A stretch of 64,000 bases of DNA from Poseidonibacter sp. (GTDB lineage Bacteria; Campylobacterota; Campylobacteria; Campylobacterales; Arcobacteraceae), in assembly GCF_041821165.1 (NCBI RefSeq), contig NZ_JBGUES010000001.1, positions 3,901 through 67,900 of the forward strand, read 5' to 3'. The notes below the pieces were generated by a model. The model saw only the letters and a list, made by a program, of their open reading frames with translations. It did no database searches and was not told the origin of the DNA. Positions 38,027 to 47,500 of the stretch are shown one piece after another. How positions within the stretch are numbered: the stretch's first letter is position 1; each line of letters starts with the position of its first letter. A program made the translations under genes and the position numbers.

Positions 38027-38584
38027 ATGAAAAGAAATTATTGGCCATTACTATTTATTGGGATTTTTTCATTTACATTTGGAATGATTGTTTGGACTAT
38101 TATGAGTGCTGTTAAAGTACCTGTTCATGAAGATCAAAGTTTTTTAAAAACATACCAAGATGTTGATATGAATTACAACAATATAATGACTTCAAACATG
38201 ATATTTAAAAATAAATATCATTTAGAGTTTATTATAAATAATAAAAAATTAAATCTAACAACAAGTGATATAAAACTTTCTCAAAGAGTTTTAGAAAAAA
38301 AGACACATCATAAAAACTTATTAAAACTAGGTTCAAATAATTTAGTAGTTAATGTAATTGATAAAAATACACAAGAAAAGAGAAGTGTACAAATTGATTT
38401 AAGAGTTACTAAAAGTATTCAAAGTGATAGTGATATAAATCTAAAGCCTAATGATTTTAAAAATGAGTCAAATATGTATTTAACTAATTTTGATATCAAA
38501 TATGAAAATAACTGGAATATAACAGGTACATTTACAGTAGGAAATGATGTAGGTTATATTTTTATAAAAACAAATGCAATTTAA
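38027..38584 (+). CDS. FixH/CcoH-like membrane-anchored protein (putative cbb3 assembly factor)
   Basis: 185 aa. The N-terminus KRNYWPLLFIGIFSFTFGMIVWTIMSA resembles FixH-family starts. Context is immediately downstream of cco genes. Confidence 0.5.
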   Translation: MKRNYWPLLFIGIFSFTFGMIVWTIMSAVKVPVHEDQSFLKTYQDVDMNYNNIMTSNMIFKNKYHLEFIINNKKLNLTTSDIKLSQRVLEKKTHHKNLLKLGSNNLVVNVIDKNTQEKRSVQIDLRVTKSIQSDSDINLKPNDFKNESNMYLTNFDIKYENNWNITGTFTVGNDVGYIFIKTNAI

Positions 38585-40943
38585 ACAAAAACTACTTATA
38601 TTTCCAACTTCAAGAGCAATTCGTTCTTATATAACAAAGCAAAAAGAGATAAACACTCTTTTGCCTTTTGTTCTAACTATTGATGATTTTTTTAAAAAAT
38701 CTATAATTTTAAAAGATAAAAAATATTGTGATGAAGAACAAAGATTTTTATTTTTAAAAGAGGCAATTAAAAATACAAATGTTAAAAAATTAGGTATTTC
38801 AGATAATTTTACAAAATTTTTAAAACAAAATGATTATATTTACAGATTCTTTTTAGAACTATCTAGTGAAAAAGTTGATATTGAAAGTATTAAAAGTATT
38901 GATACTTATGACTATTATATTGAACACTTAGAAATCTTACAAGAAATTAGAAAAAACTATTTACAAATATTAGATGAAAACTCTTATGTTGATAGAATAA
39001 ATATATCACAGCATTATAAAATAAATAAAAATTTTTTAAAGAAATTTGAAAATATAGAATTAGTCTTTGAAGGTTACTTTACAAAAGTAGAATTTGATAT
39101 GATAAATGATATTTCAAAAGAGATAAAACTAATAATAAATTTTTACTCAAATGAATATAATCAAAAATCGCTTGAAGTATTTAAAGATAGTTTAAATGAA
39201 GAAATTCAAATTGATTATAAGTATAAAATTGATTTATCTCAAAAAGAAATTATAAAAAAAGATAAAATTGAAAATAAATTAAACTCTTTAGAAATTAAAG
39301 GATTTAATTCAAGAATTAATCAAATCTCATATATAAAATCATCAATTGTAAAAAGTGTACAAAATGGCGTTAATCCATCAGATATAGCACTTGTATTACC
39401 TGATGAGAGTTTTGCTTCTGTAATACAGTTATTTGATAATGAGAAGTATTTTAACTACGCTATGGGACGAAGTATTAAGAATTATAAACTATACCAAGTT
39501 GCATTTGCAATAAACTCTTATTTAAATGAAGATGAAATTAAAAATAGTAAAAATATTGAGTTTTTAAATCTTGATAAAATGTATATTGATAAAAATATAA
39601 AAACTATTTGGAAAAAAATATCAACAAAAGAGAATTTTGATTTTATATGTGATTATATTAAATCATTTGAAGAGAATGAAGAAATATTAGAAAAATATGA
39701 TGAAGTTATTTATAAATTAAAAATCTTACTTTTTTCACATGAAAATCATATTTTATTAAAAGATTTATATAAGATATTTTTACAAAAAATATCAAAAATA
39801 ACTTTAGATGATGTAAATTCAGGAAAAATTACAGTTTTAGGATTGTTAGAAACTAGGTCAATTAATTTTGATACAGTTATTATTTGTGATTTTAATGAAA
39901 GTTTTATTCCAAAAAAATCTGTAAAAGATAAGTTCTTATCATCAAAAATAAAAAAATTATCAAACTTACCAACACAATTTGATAGAGAATCATTACAAAA
40001 GTATTATTATAAAAGATTAATAACATCATGTAAAAATGTATTTGTTTCTTATGTAAACTCTGATACAAATCAAATATCAAGATTTGCAAATGAACTTTTT
40101 GATAAACAAATAAGTACAGATATAAACGATAATTCATATAAGCATATTTTATATAATAATCATAATATCTCACATTTTGATGAAAAAATAGTAGACAAAA
40201 TAGATTTAACCAAATTTGAATGGTCAGCAACTTCTTTTAAAATATATTTAGAGTGTAAAAGAAAATTTTATTTACAATATATTCTAAAAATTTATGAACA
40301 TACAATTTCTTTAAAACCAAAAGGTTTTGAACTTGGAAGTATTATTCATACTATTTTAGAGAAGTTTTATAAAGAAAAACTATATTTAGAAAGTGATTCT
40401 ACTTTTAAATTAGAAGAGTTATTTAATGAATATAGAAGTGAAAATCCTTTTTTAATTTTAGATTTAGAAATTTGGAAAAAAAAGATAAAAGAGTTTTTTG
40501 ATTATGATTTAAAACGACTAGAAAATGCAAAAGTAATATCATGTGAACAGGCTTTTAATATTAGTTTTGAAGATATTAAAATAAAGGGAGTTATTGATAG
40601 AATTGATTTAGTTGGGGATTATTATGAAGTTATTGATTATAAGACTTCAAGTGCTTTAAAAGTTGATACATTAAAGAATTTTGATAAGTCAAAAGATTTT
40701 CAATTGGAATTTTATTATCTTGCTATGAGTGCTCTTTATAATACAGATAAAATCAATACTTATTATTATGATTTAAGTAATACATTATTAGTAGAAGAAA
40801 TAGCTTTAGATAAAAAACTTGAGTTATTAGTAGAAAAGTTTAATGAATTAAAAGAAATATCAAAAAATGAAATATCTTTTGATAAGTGTGAAGAAAAATC
40901 TACTTGTATGTATTGTGCATATACAACTATTTGTAATAGATAA
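38574..40943 (+). CDS. addB: AddB-like PD-(D/E)XK nuclease with C-terminal Fe-S cluster motif
   Basis: 789 aa. Nuclease motifs GVIDRIDL and YEVIDYKT. Cys in YLECKRKFYLQY plus terminal CMYCAYTTIC (Cx2Cx5C), as in the AddB iron staple. Confidence 0.75.
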   Translation: MQFKQKLLIFPTSRAIRSYITKQKEINTLLPFVLTIDDFFKKSIILKDKKYCDEEQRFLFLKEAIKNTNVKKLGISDNFTKFLKQNDYIYRFFLELSSEKVDIESIKSIDTYDYYIEHLEILQEIRKNYLQILDENSYVDRINISQHYKINKNFLKKFENIELVFEGYFTKVEFDMINDISKEIKLIINFYSNEYNQKSLEVFKDSLNEEIQIDYKYKIDLSQKEIIKKDKIENKLNSLEIKGFNSRINQISYIKSSIVKSVQNGVNPSDIALVLPDESFASVIQLFDNEKYFNYAMGRSIKNYKLYQVAFAINSYLNEDEIKNSKNIEFLNLDKMYIDKNIKTIWKKISTKENFDFICDYIKSFEENEEILEKYDEVIYKLKILLFSHENHILLKDLYKIFLQKISKITLDDVNSGKITVLGLLETRSINFDTVIICDFNESFIPKKSVKDKFLSSKIKKLSNLPTQFDRESLQKYYYKRLITSCKNVFVSYVNSDTNQISRFANELFDKQISTDINDNSYKHILYNNHNISHFDEKIVDKIDLTKFEWSATSFKIYLECKRKFYLQYILKIYEHTISLKPKGFELGSIIHTILEKFYKEKLYLESDSTFKLEELFNEYRSENPFLILDLEIWKKKIKEFFDYDLKRLENAKVISCEQAFNISFEDIKIKGVIDRIDLVGDYYEVIDYKTSSALKVDTLKNFDKSKDFQLEFYYLAMSALYNTDKINTYYYDLSNTLLVEEIALDKKLELLVEKFNELKEISKNEISFDKCEEKSTCMYCAYTTICNR

Positions 40944-40951
40944 ATTTAAAA

Positions 40952-40980
40952 AATATATAGAACCAAAGGCTCTATATATT
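40952..40980 (-). terminator. Terminator hairpin between addB-like gene and porin (functional mainly for the - strand porin)
   Basis: AATATATAGAACC-aaa-GGCTCTATATATT with one mismatch. The A6 run upstream gives a U-tract on the - strand. Confidence 0.6.
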
Positions 40981-41000
40981 TACTTATATTCTAATTTGAA

Positions 41001-42089
41001 TTAGAAAGAGTATTGTACGTGTAATCTACCACTAGTAGATGCTTTAGTATTTTCTTCTTTATATTCACCAAATCTTACATAAGTCATGAAGTTTGAAGAG
41101 ATTTTATAAGCAACTTGTGCATAAGTTTCTTTTCTATCATCTCCAGATGCAACTGCATCTAGGTTAGAATGTTTTAATGATACATGAACATTATTTGCAA
41201 TTTGAGCACCAATATTAGCAAATAAAATTTCTGAATCAGCTTGGTCAATTAAACCAACTCTCCAGTGTTGATCAAAAGTAGTATCTGATGAGTTACCATC
41301 TAATGCAACAGCACCATTTTTTCCAGATTTACCATATCCAAGATATGCATCAATAATACCAACAGCTAGACCCATATCAACTTTAAAAGTAGATATTTCG
41401 TCATTATTCGCATCATAATCTTGTTCTGAATATCTAATAGATGGATTTAATTTTAAACCTGAAACTTCATAAGAAGCGTTTAATCCTGCAGTATATGCTT
41501 TTGCAACATCATTAACATCAATAAACCATGCATCTGCATTAATACCAGCAAATGAACCTAATATTCCAACAGTAGCAATATCTTTACCTGCAACATTATT
41601 AATATTTGATTGATTAAAGTAAGCACCTGCAATTGTTAATGGCTTAAGATTATATGTAGCTAATACACCAGTTCCTGTAGATTCTGCACCGATTGAATCT
41701 CTTGCAACTGTAAATGGTGTAGCAATTCCTTGTTTACCAAATGTAACTGTAGCATTATTTAAACCTGAATATGAAAAGTTAGCTTCTGATAATCCAAATT
41801 TTGCTTCAGTATCAGCATCATTAGTATTAATTGATTTAGGACTTGTAGTTCCATCTCCAATAATTATTCTTGAGTTAAAAGTAATATCATCATTAACTTT
41901 AGATTTTAAAGTTGCAGCTATTTTATAGTTATTAGATGCATCACTTGCACCTTCATAATCATTATATCTATATGCAGCAGTTCCTGAAACATCAACATTT
42001 TTAATAGCTTCTGCTAAATCTTTTGCAGAAGCAGTTGATAGACATGATACTGCAAGAGCAGCTACCATACTTAATTTTGTTATTTTCAT
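41001..42089 (-). CDS. Major outer-membrane porin (Campylobacter MOMP/PorA-like), paralog 1
   Basis: 362 aa. Signal peptide ...STASA, beta-strand periodicity, C-terminal GRLHVQYSF. Confidence 0.8.
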   Translation of the reverse strand: MKITKLSMVAALAVSCLSTASAKDLAEAIKNVDVSGTAAYRYNDYEGASDASNNYKIAATLKSKVNDDITFNSRIIIGDGTTSPKSINTNDADTEAKFGLSEANFSYSGLNNATVTFGKQGIATPFTVARDSIGAESTGTGVLATYNLKPLTIAGAYFNQSNINNVAGKDIATVGILGSFAGINADAWFIDVNDVAKAYTAGLNASYEVSGLKLNPSIRYSEQDYDANNDEISTFKVDMGLAVGIIDAYLGYGKSGKNGAVALDGNSSDTTFDQHWRVGLIDQADSEILFANIGAQIANNVHVSLKHSNLDAVASGDDRKETYAQVAYKISSNFMTYVRFGEYKEENTKASTSGRLHVQYSF

Positions 42090-42172
42090 TTATTCTCCTT
42101 AAAATTAAAAGAAGAGTATATATAAAAATGACATAAAAGTAATTAAAAAATGGCTAAAAAATCAATAAAAAG

Positions 42173-43267
42173 TTATATTGAAGTTGCTATTAACACATCT
42201 TCTATAACTTTTGTGATATCTCCATCTAAAATTGCATCTACATTTGAGTAGCCAATATTTGATCTTGTATCTTTTACTTGTTGATATGGTTGCATTACAT
42301 AAGATCTAATTTGATGACCCCAACCAATATCACTTTTTTCAATACCATTTTTTTCTGCTGCTTGCTTTTCAAGTTCAAATTCATAAAGTCTTGATTTTAG
42401 CATTTTTAAAGCACTTGCTTTATTTTTATGTTGAGATCTATCATTTTGACATTGAACTACAATATTTGTCTCAATATGTGTGATTCTAATAGCACTTTCA
42501 GTTTTATTAACATGCTGACCACCAGCACCACTTGCTCTATATGTATCAATTCTAATATCTTTATCTTCTATTTCAATAGCGATATTATCATCAACTTCAG
42601 GACTTACCATAACAGAAGCAAATGATGTATGTCTTTTTGCATTTGAATCAAATGGAGAAATTCTTACTAATCTATGAATACCATTTTCTGTTTTTAAGTA
42701 TCCATAAGCATTTTCACCTTTAATCATAAAAGATACATCTTTTATTCCAGCTTCATCACCTGGCTGATAATCTAGTAGTTCTATCTTAAAGTTTTGTCTT
42801 TCAGCCCATCTTAGATACATTCTATATAACATAGAAGCCCAATCTTGTGATTCTGTTCCACCTGCACCTGGATGAATAGTAACAATAGCATTTGAAATAT
42901 CATCAGGGTTTGATAACATTACTGATATTTCAGTTGATTTGATTAATTCATCTAAATCTTTCGCTTCTTCATATAAAAGCTCAAATGTATCATCATCTCT
43001 TTCTTCATTTGCTAATTCGTATAATTCATTAGTTCCGCTAAGTGCTTCATTTGCTTTATTGTATTTATTTAGTTTTGATAAAATTCTATTTTTTTCAATA
43101 CCAATTTTTGTAGCATTATCTACATCATTCCAAAAGTCTTGTTCTGATTCTAATTCTTCGATTTGTTTTAATCTAATATTTAAATCATCAGGTTTTAAAA
43201 TACCTTTGATATTTTTCAATTTAGTATTAAGTAGTTTTAATAATTCTGAGTATTCGTATGCATCCAT
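42173..43267 (-). CDS. prfB: Peptide chain release factor 2 (single uninterrupted ORF)
   Basis: 364 aa. SPF tripeptide (RISPFDS), GGQ motif (GAGGQHVNK). Confidence 0.96.
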   Translation of the reverse strand: MDAYEYSELLKLLNTKLKNIKGILKPDDLNIRLKQIEELESEQDFWNDVDNATKIGIEKNRILSKLNKYNKANEALSGTNELYELANEERDDDTFELLYEEAKDLDELIKSTEISVMLSNPDDISNAIVTIHPGAGGTESQDWASMLYRMYLRWAERQNFKIELLDYQPGDEAGIKDVSFMIKGENAYGYLKTENGIHRLVRISPFDSNAKRHTSFASVMVSPEVDDNIAIEIEDKDIRIDTYRASGAGGQHVNKTESAIRITHIETNIVVQCQNDRSQHKNKASALKMLKSRLYEFELEKQAAEKNGIEKSDIGWGHQIRSYVMQPYQQVKDTRSNIGYSNVDAILDGDITKVIEDVLIATSI

Positions 43268-43331
43268 TTAGTATATCCTCTTAAAAGGGGATTATACTAA
43301 AATGTTGTATAAATTATAGTTAGTCTAATAT

Positions 43332-43952
43332 TTATTTATTTACTTTTTTAAGATATTCATAAATATTTTCAATATCTTCACTTGTTACAGTACTTGTATA
43401 TGGGAACATTACAGAAGCTTGACCTCTATCATAAGACATATTTGCATAATCTCTCATAATAGTTTTAAAATCTTCTAAATTAATATTGTTTATAGCTCTT
43501 GAAGTACCATACTCTTCTTCACCATTTACACCATGACAAGATTGACATGATTTTGTATATTTTATTTTTCCTGATTCATAACTTGCTTGTGCTTTTTTCT
43601 TTTGAACAATCTCTTTTTTTATTTTTTCTTCTTTTTTGATTCTAGCCATGATTTTATCTTCTAAATCTTGCTCATTTGCTACAAAAGTAGAGTTTGTATT
43701 TATTGATTGTTTTTTGAAAATATAGATATAGTTAAAACCATTATCTGATTTATTGATTTTAATATCATCAACACTCCAACCATTTTTTACCATATCTTTA
43801 ACACTTGTATTACTAGCACATAATCCACCATCTAATTTTGTAGATTCAATAGTAGTCATTGATTTATGATTTTCTTTAAAACACATTGTTGTTTGTGCAT
43901 TTAAAATAGTAAGCGAAAGTGAACTAATAAGTAAACTTGTAAGAAATTTCAT
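43332..43952 (-). CDS. Periplasmic monohaem c-type cytochrome with an unassigned N-terminal domain
   Basis: 206 aa. Signal peptide. N-domain of about 80 aa with two Cys. Lys/Glu-rich linker. C-terminal CQSCHG. Confidence 0.7.
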   Translation of the reverse strand: MKFLTSLLISSLSLTILNAQTTMCFKENHKSMTTIESTKLDGGLCASNTSVKDMVKNGWSVDDIKINKSDNGFNYIYIFKKQSINTNSTFVANEQDLEDKIMARIKKEEKIKKEIVQKKKAQASYESGKIKYTKSCQSCHGVNGEEEYGTSRAINNINLEDFKTIMRDYANMSYDRGQASVMFPYTSTVTSEDIENIYEYLKKVNK

Positions 43953-44025
43953 ATATATCCTTTAATATTGTGAAAATATTTTATCATAGTATTTCTTTTT
44001 ATAGTATTTAAATTTAGCAGTATTT

Positions 44026-44061
44026 AAAAAAAAAGGTTAGAGAAAAATCTCTAACCTTTTT
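44026..44061 (-). terminator. Rho-independent terminator of porin paralog 2 (bidirectional geometry)
   Basis: A9-AGGTTAGAGA-aaaa-TCTCTAACCT-T4. On the - strand the stem is followed by a long U-tract. Confidence 0.8.
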
Positions 44062-44088
44062 GAAGTTTAGTAGTATATATCTTTGTTA

Positions 44089-45252
44089 TTAGAAAGAGTA
44101 TTGTACGTGAAGTCTACCTCTAGTACCTTTATCATCAGTATTATTATCAACATCTACTTGACCAATTCTTACATAATACATAAAGTTTTTACCCATTTTA
44201 TGTGTTAATTGACCATAATATTCAGTTGCATCTTCATCTGTTGCACTATCAACTTTTAATGTATTATAGTTTGCTGATAAATTAATCCCAGACATTACAT
44301 CAGCATTAACATTTAATTTTAATAAAGATGCATCATCTTTTTTCTCAAGATTTAATCCCCAACCTTGCATAGATGTAGCTGCATCTGCATCTCCAGTTAA
44401 TGAAGCCCCAGTTAATACACTATCAACATCATTTGTTTGACCGTAATCAACACCAAAACCAACCATACCTAGTTTAGCTTTAGCTCCAACTTTCCATAAA
44501 GACTCAGTATCTTGATTAGCAAAATCATGAGAAATTGCTGAATATCTAGCGTATAATGAAACTACATCAATTTTAGCTTTAGCTCCAATTGTGTATGCTG
44601 CATGTTCAGAATTTGCTGCACCAGTTGCTGCACCTTCTTTAACATTTAAGTACCATGCATCTAAAGCAACTGGACCAGCATTTGCCATTAAACCTAAACC
44701 AGCAACATCTTGACCTTCAATCGCTTCAAGGTTAGTTTGGTTTAAATAAGTACCTGCAACTGTAACAATTCCTGCATTATAAACTGCAGTAATACCCGTA
44801 CCTGTATCTTCATTACCAGCTGCATCAGCTTGAACAGCAAATGGAGATGGAACTGCTTGTTTACCAGCAATAATTGTAGTATTTGCTAAACCTGTATATG
44901 CAAAATTTGCTTGAGTTAATGCAAATGCAGCTTCACCATCAGATGCTTTTGTTGATCCACCAACTGCAGCCATATCTGTAGTTCCAGCACCTATAACAGT
45001 TCTAGTATTAGCAGTTAAATCATCATTAATTTTAGATTTTAAATTAACAGCAATCTTATAACTATTATTAGATTCATTATTTGAACCTAAAACTGTATCA
45101 TTTTCTTGTGTTCTATCATCATATCTATATACAACTGTACCAGATACATCTACATTTTTGATTGCTTCTTCTAAAGCCTTAGCTGATAAAGATGTTGATA
45201 AACCTGCTACTGCTACTGCTGCTACTAAACTTAATTTTGCGATTTTTTTCAT
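44089..45252 (-). CDS. Major outer-membrane porin, paralog 2
   Basis: The track ORF starts at 45312. The ATG at 45252 (MKKIAKLSLVAAVAVAGLSTSLSA) has a GGAGAA SD and gives an N-terminal signal peptide. It shares N- and C-terminal blocks with paralog 1 (EAIKNVDVSGT, GRLHVQYSF). Confidence 0.8.
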   Translation of the reverse strand: MKKIAKLSLVAAVAVAGLSTSLSAKALEEAIKNVDVSGTVVYRYDDRTQENDTVLGSNNESNNSYKIAVNLKSKINDDLTANTRTVIGAGTTDMAAVGGSTKASDGEAAFALTQANFAYTGLANTTIIAGKQAVPSPFAVQADAAGNEDTGTGITAVYNAGIVTVAGTYLNQTNLEAIEGQDVAGLGLMANAGPVALDAWYLNVKEGAATGAANSEHAAYTIGAKAKIDVVSLYARYSAISHDFANQDTESLWKVGAKAKLGMVGFGVDYGQTNDVDSVLTGASLTGDADAATSMQGWGLNLEKKDDASLLKLNVNADVMSGINLSANYNTLKVDSATDEDATEYYGQLTHKMGKNFMYYVRIGQVDVDNNTDDKGTRGRLHVQYSF

Positions 45253-45436
45253 TTGTTCTCCTAAAATTTCGAAATCATTTTTCAGTCTGTCGGAGCGCGC
45301 GAACTCATCCAAAATTTATTTTTGAAACTTTATCCGACATACCGTTGTGACCATTCTACACCACTAATTTTTAAACTATTCTTAAAAATTATTCTTTTTT
45401 TGTTAATTATTAGTTAATTTAGGGGGATTTTTGTTT

Positions 45437-45456
45437 ACAAAGCATTAATGCTTTGT
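45437..45456. repeat. Perfect 20-nt palindrome ACAAAGCATTAATGCTTTGT between folB stop and the porin-2 promoter region
   Basis: Read directly. It lies 10 nt downstream of the folB-like stop and about 185 nt upstream of the porin start. There is no U-tract on either side, so it is not a canonical terminator. Confidence 0.5.
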
Positions 45457-45466
45457 TCATGCTATG

Positions 45467-45778
45467 TTAGCAACTCAATGATACAATGCAGTCTTTTAAG
45501 ATATCAGGTTTTGATATCTTAATTTTTAACTTAGTTATTTTATAAGTTTTATTTAGTTTTTTTTGAATAATTAATAATGCATCTTCTAAAAGTAAAAACT
45601 TTTTTTTCTTCATAATAGTTTTTACTAAATTAGAAACTTCACTATAATCTATAAAGTAGTCTTTTTGGTATTCATATTCAAAAGAGATATTTATTACAAC
45701 TTTTTGTTTTTTAACTCTTTCAAAATCAAGAATACCAATAATACATTTAAATGTTAGGTCTGTTATTTCAATTTTCAC
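45467..45778 (-). CDS. folB: Dihydroneopterin aldolase-like (FolB family)
   Basis: 103 aa. LTFKCIIGILDFERVKKQKVVINISFEY fits the FolB tunnel-fold start. GTG start overlapping the plsY stop. Confidence 0.6.
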   Translation of the reverse strand: MKIEITDLTFKCIIGILDFERVKKQKVVINISFEYEYQKDYFIDYSEVSNLVKTIMKKKKFLLLEDALLIIQKKLNKTYKITKLKIKISKPDILKDCIVSLSC

Positions 45779-46401
45779 TATATTACTTTTTTCTCTTCAC
45801 CTTTTATCATTCTAATGATATTAGGTATATGTTTATAGTAGATAATAAAAGCAATAATATACATAGGTACGTTAGAACCAACATCTAATCCATCTTTCAT
45901 AAATACAGCTGATATTACAACTGCACTTAAACCAATTAGCGATGAAAGAGATGAAATTTTTAATACTTTTGCACCTATTATCCAAACAGCTGCACCTATT
46001 AGTGTTGGTATTGGAATTAAAACTATAAATACACCAAGTCCTGTTGCAACACCTTTCCCACCTTCAAGTCCTAAATATATAGAATAACAATGACCTAAAA
46101 CTGATAAAACAGCAATTGTCCAAAGTGTAGATTCACTCATGCCCATATTCATAGCTACTAATAATACAAGTGTACCTTTTAGTGCATCTAATATAACAGT
46201 AGCAGCTCCAAGTTTTTTTGCTAAACTTGGATTTGTTTCTTTTACAACTCTTAATACATTTGTAGCACCTATTGAGCCACTTCCTGCACTTTTAACATCA
46301 ACTCCTGCAAAAAACTTTGCTAATAATAATCCAAAAGGGATAGATCCAATTAGATAGGCTGCAAGATAAAATAATATATTTGCATTCGTAAAAAAGTCCA
46401 T
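45778..46401 (-). CDS. plsY: Glycerol-3-phosphate acyltransferase PlsY
   Basis: 207 aa. GSIPFGLLLAK, GSGSIGATNVLR, GGKGVATGLG. Confidence 0.94.
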   Translation of the reverse strand: MDFFTNANILFYLAAYLIGSIPFGLLLAKFFAGVDVKSAGSGSIGATNVLRVVKETNPSLAKKLGAATVILDALKGTLVLLVAMNMGMSESTLWTIAVLSVLGHCYSIYLGLEGGKGVATGLGVFIVLIPIPTLIGAAVWIIGAKVLKISSLSSLIGLSAVVISAVFMKDGLDVGSNVPMYIIAFIIYYKHIPNIIRMIKGEEKKVI

Positions 46402-46495
46402 TTATTACCTTTGTATATAATGTTAATTATATGATTGTTTAATTTAATTAAATGGATTATAACAAACATTTAGTTATATTATCATTTAAAAACAT

Positions 46496-47500
46496 TTGTT
46501 AAGGTTTATTTTGAATTTAAAAGAAGAGATAATAAAACTAAAAGAAGAGCTAGATGTAACGCTTGTAGCTCACTTTTACCAAAGAGATGAAGTATTTGAT
46601 TTAGCAGATATTACAGGAGATTCTTTAGAATTAGCTAAAAAAGTAATGCTAACAGACTCTAAATATGTAGTATTTTGTGGTGTTGGTTTTATGGGTGAAA
46701 GCGTAAAAGTTATGAGTCCAGAAAAAACAGTATTAATGCCAAAAATTGCATGTTGTGCAATGGCAAGAATGATTGATGAAGGTTATTTTGAAGAAAATCT
46801 AAAAATTATGAATAAAGCCGGAATTAAAAATGAAGATATTCTTCCTATTACTTATATAAATTCAAGTGCAGCTGTAAAAGCTAAAGTTGGAGCTATGGGT
46901 GGAATGGTTTGTACTTCATCAAATGCTTATAAAATTATTCAAAAAGGTTTAGAATCAGGTAAAAAAATATTTTTTGTTCCTGATAGATGTTTGGGACAAA
47001 ACTTTGCCAAATCATTAAATTTAAAGTCATCTGTAATTGGTGATGGAAGTGATTTAAATGAAGCAGATATTATTTGTTATAATGGTTTTTGTTCTGTTCA
47101 TCAACAGTTTTCAGTAGAAGATATTGAATTTTATAGAGAAAAATATCCTGATATTTTAATTGCAGTTCATCCAGAATGTGACCCAAGTGTTTGTGATGCA
47201 TCTGATTTTGTTGGTTCTACTTCTCAGTTAATTGAGTTTATAAAAGAATTACCAGCTGAACAAAAAATTGCTGTTGGAACTGAGTTTAATATGGTTAATA
47301 GATTAAGAGATAAAAATACTTATATCTTAAGTTCAACAAAACCTGAATGTCCAACAATGAATGAAACTACTCTTGAAGATGTTTATAAAACATTAAAATC
47401 AATCAAAGATGGAAATTTATCAAAAGAGAATGAAATTGTAGTGTCAGAAGATACAGCAAAATGGGCTAAAGTAGCATTAGAAAGGATGTTTGAAGTATGA
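46496..47500 (+). CDS. nadA: Quinolinate synthase
   Basis: 334 aa. LVAHFYQ, conserved Cys (CCAMARM, FCSVHQQF, ECPTMN). The start is uncertain (TTG 46496 or TTG 46511). Confidence 0.92.
   Translation: MLRFILNLKEEIIKLKEELDVTLVAHFYQRDEVFDLADITGDSLELAKKVMLTDSKYVVFCGVGFMGESVKVMSPEKTVLMPKIACCAMARMIDEGYFEENLKIMNKAGIKNEDILPITYINSSAAVKAKVGAMGGMVCTSSNAYKIIQKGLESGKKIFFVPDRCLGQNFAKSLNLKSSVIGDGSDLNEADIICYNGFCSVHQQFSVEDIEFYREKYPDILIAVHPECDPSVCDASDFVGSTSQLIEFIKELPAEQKIAVGTEFNMVNRLRDKNTYILSSTKPECPTMNETTLEDVYKTLKSIKDGNLSKENEIVVSEDTAKWAKVALERMFEV

Noticed and set aside
42173-43267. Looked for the programmed +1 frameshift site typical of many prfB genes
   Set aside because: The ORF is continuous from [10 protein letters not shown]... 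through the region equivalent to the E. coli shift site (..[13 protein letters not shown]..), with no in-frame TGA. No recoding is needed here.
45253-45312. 20-codon N-terminal extension of porin 2 given by the ORF track (MDEFARSDRLKNDFEILGEQ)
   Set aside because: It would bury the signal peptide. The internal ATG at 45252 has a proper SD and aligns with the start of paralog 1. I interpret the in-frame stretch as 5' UTR.
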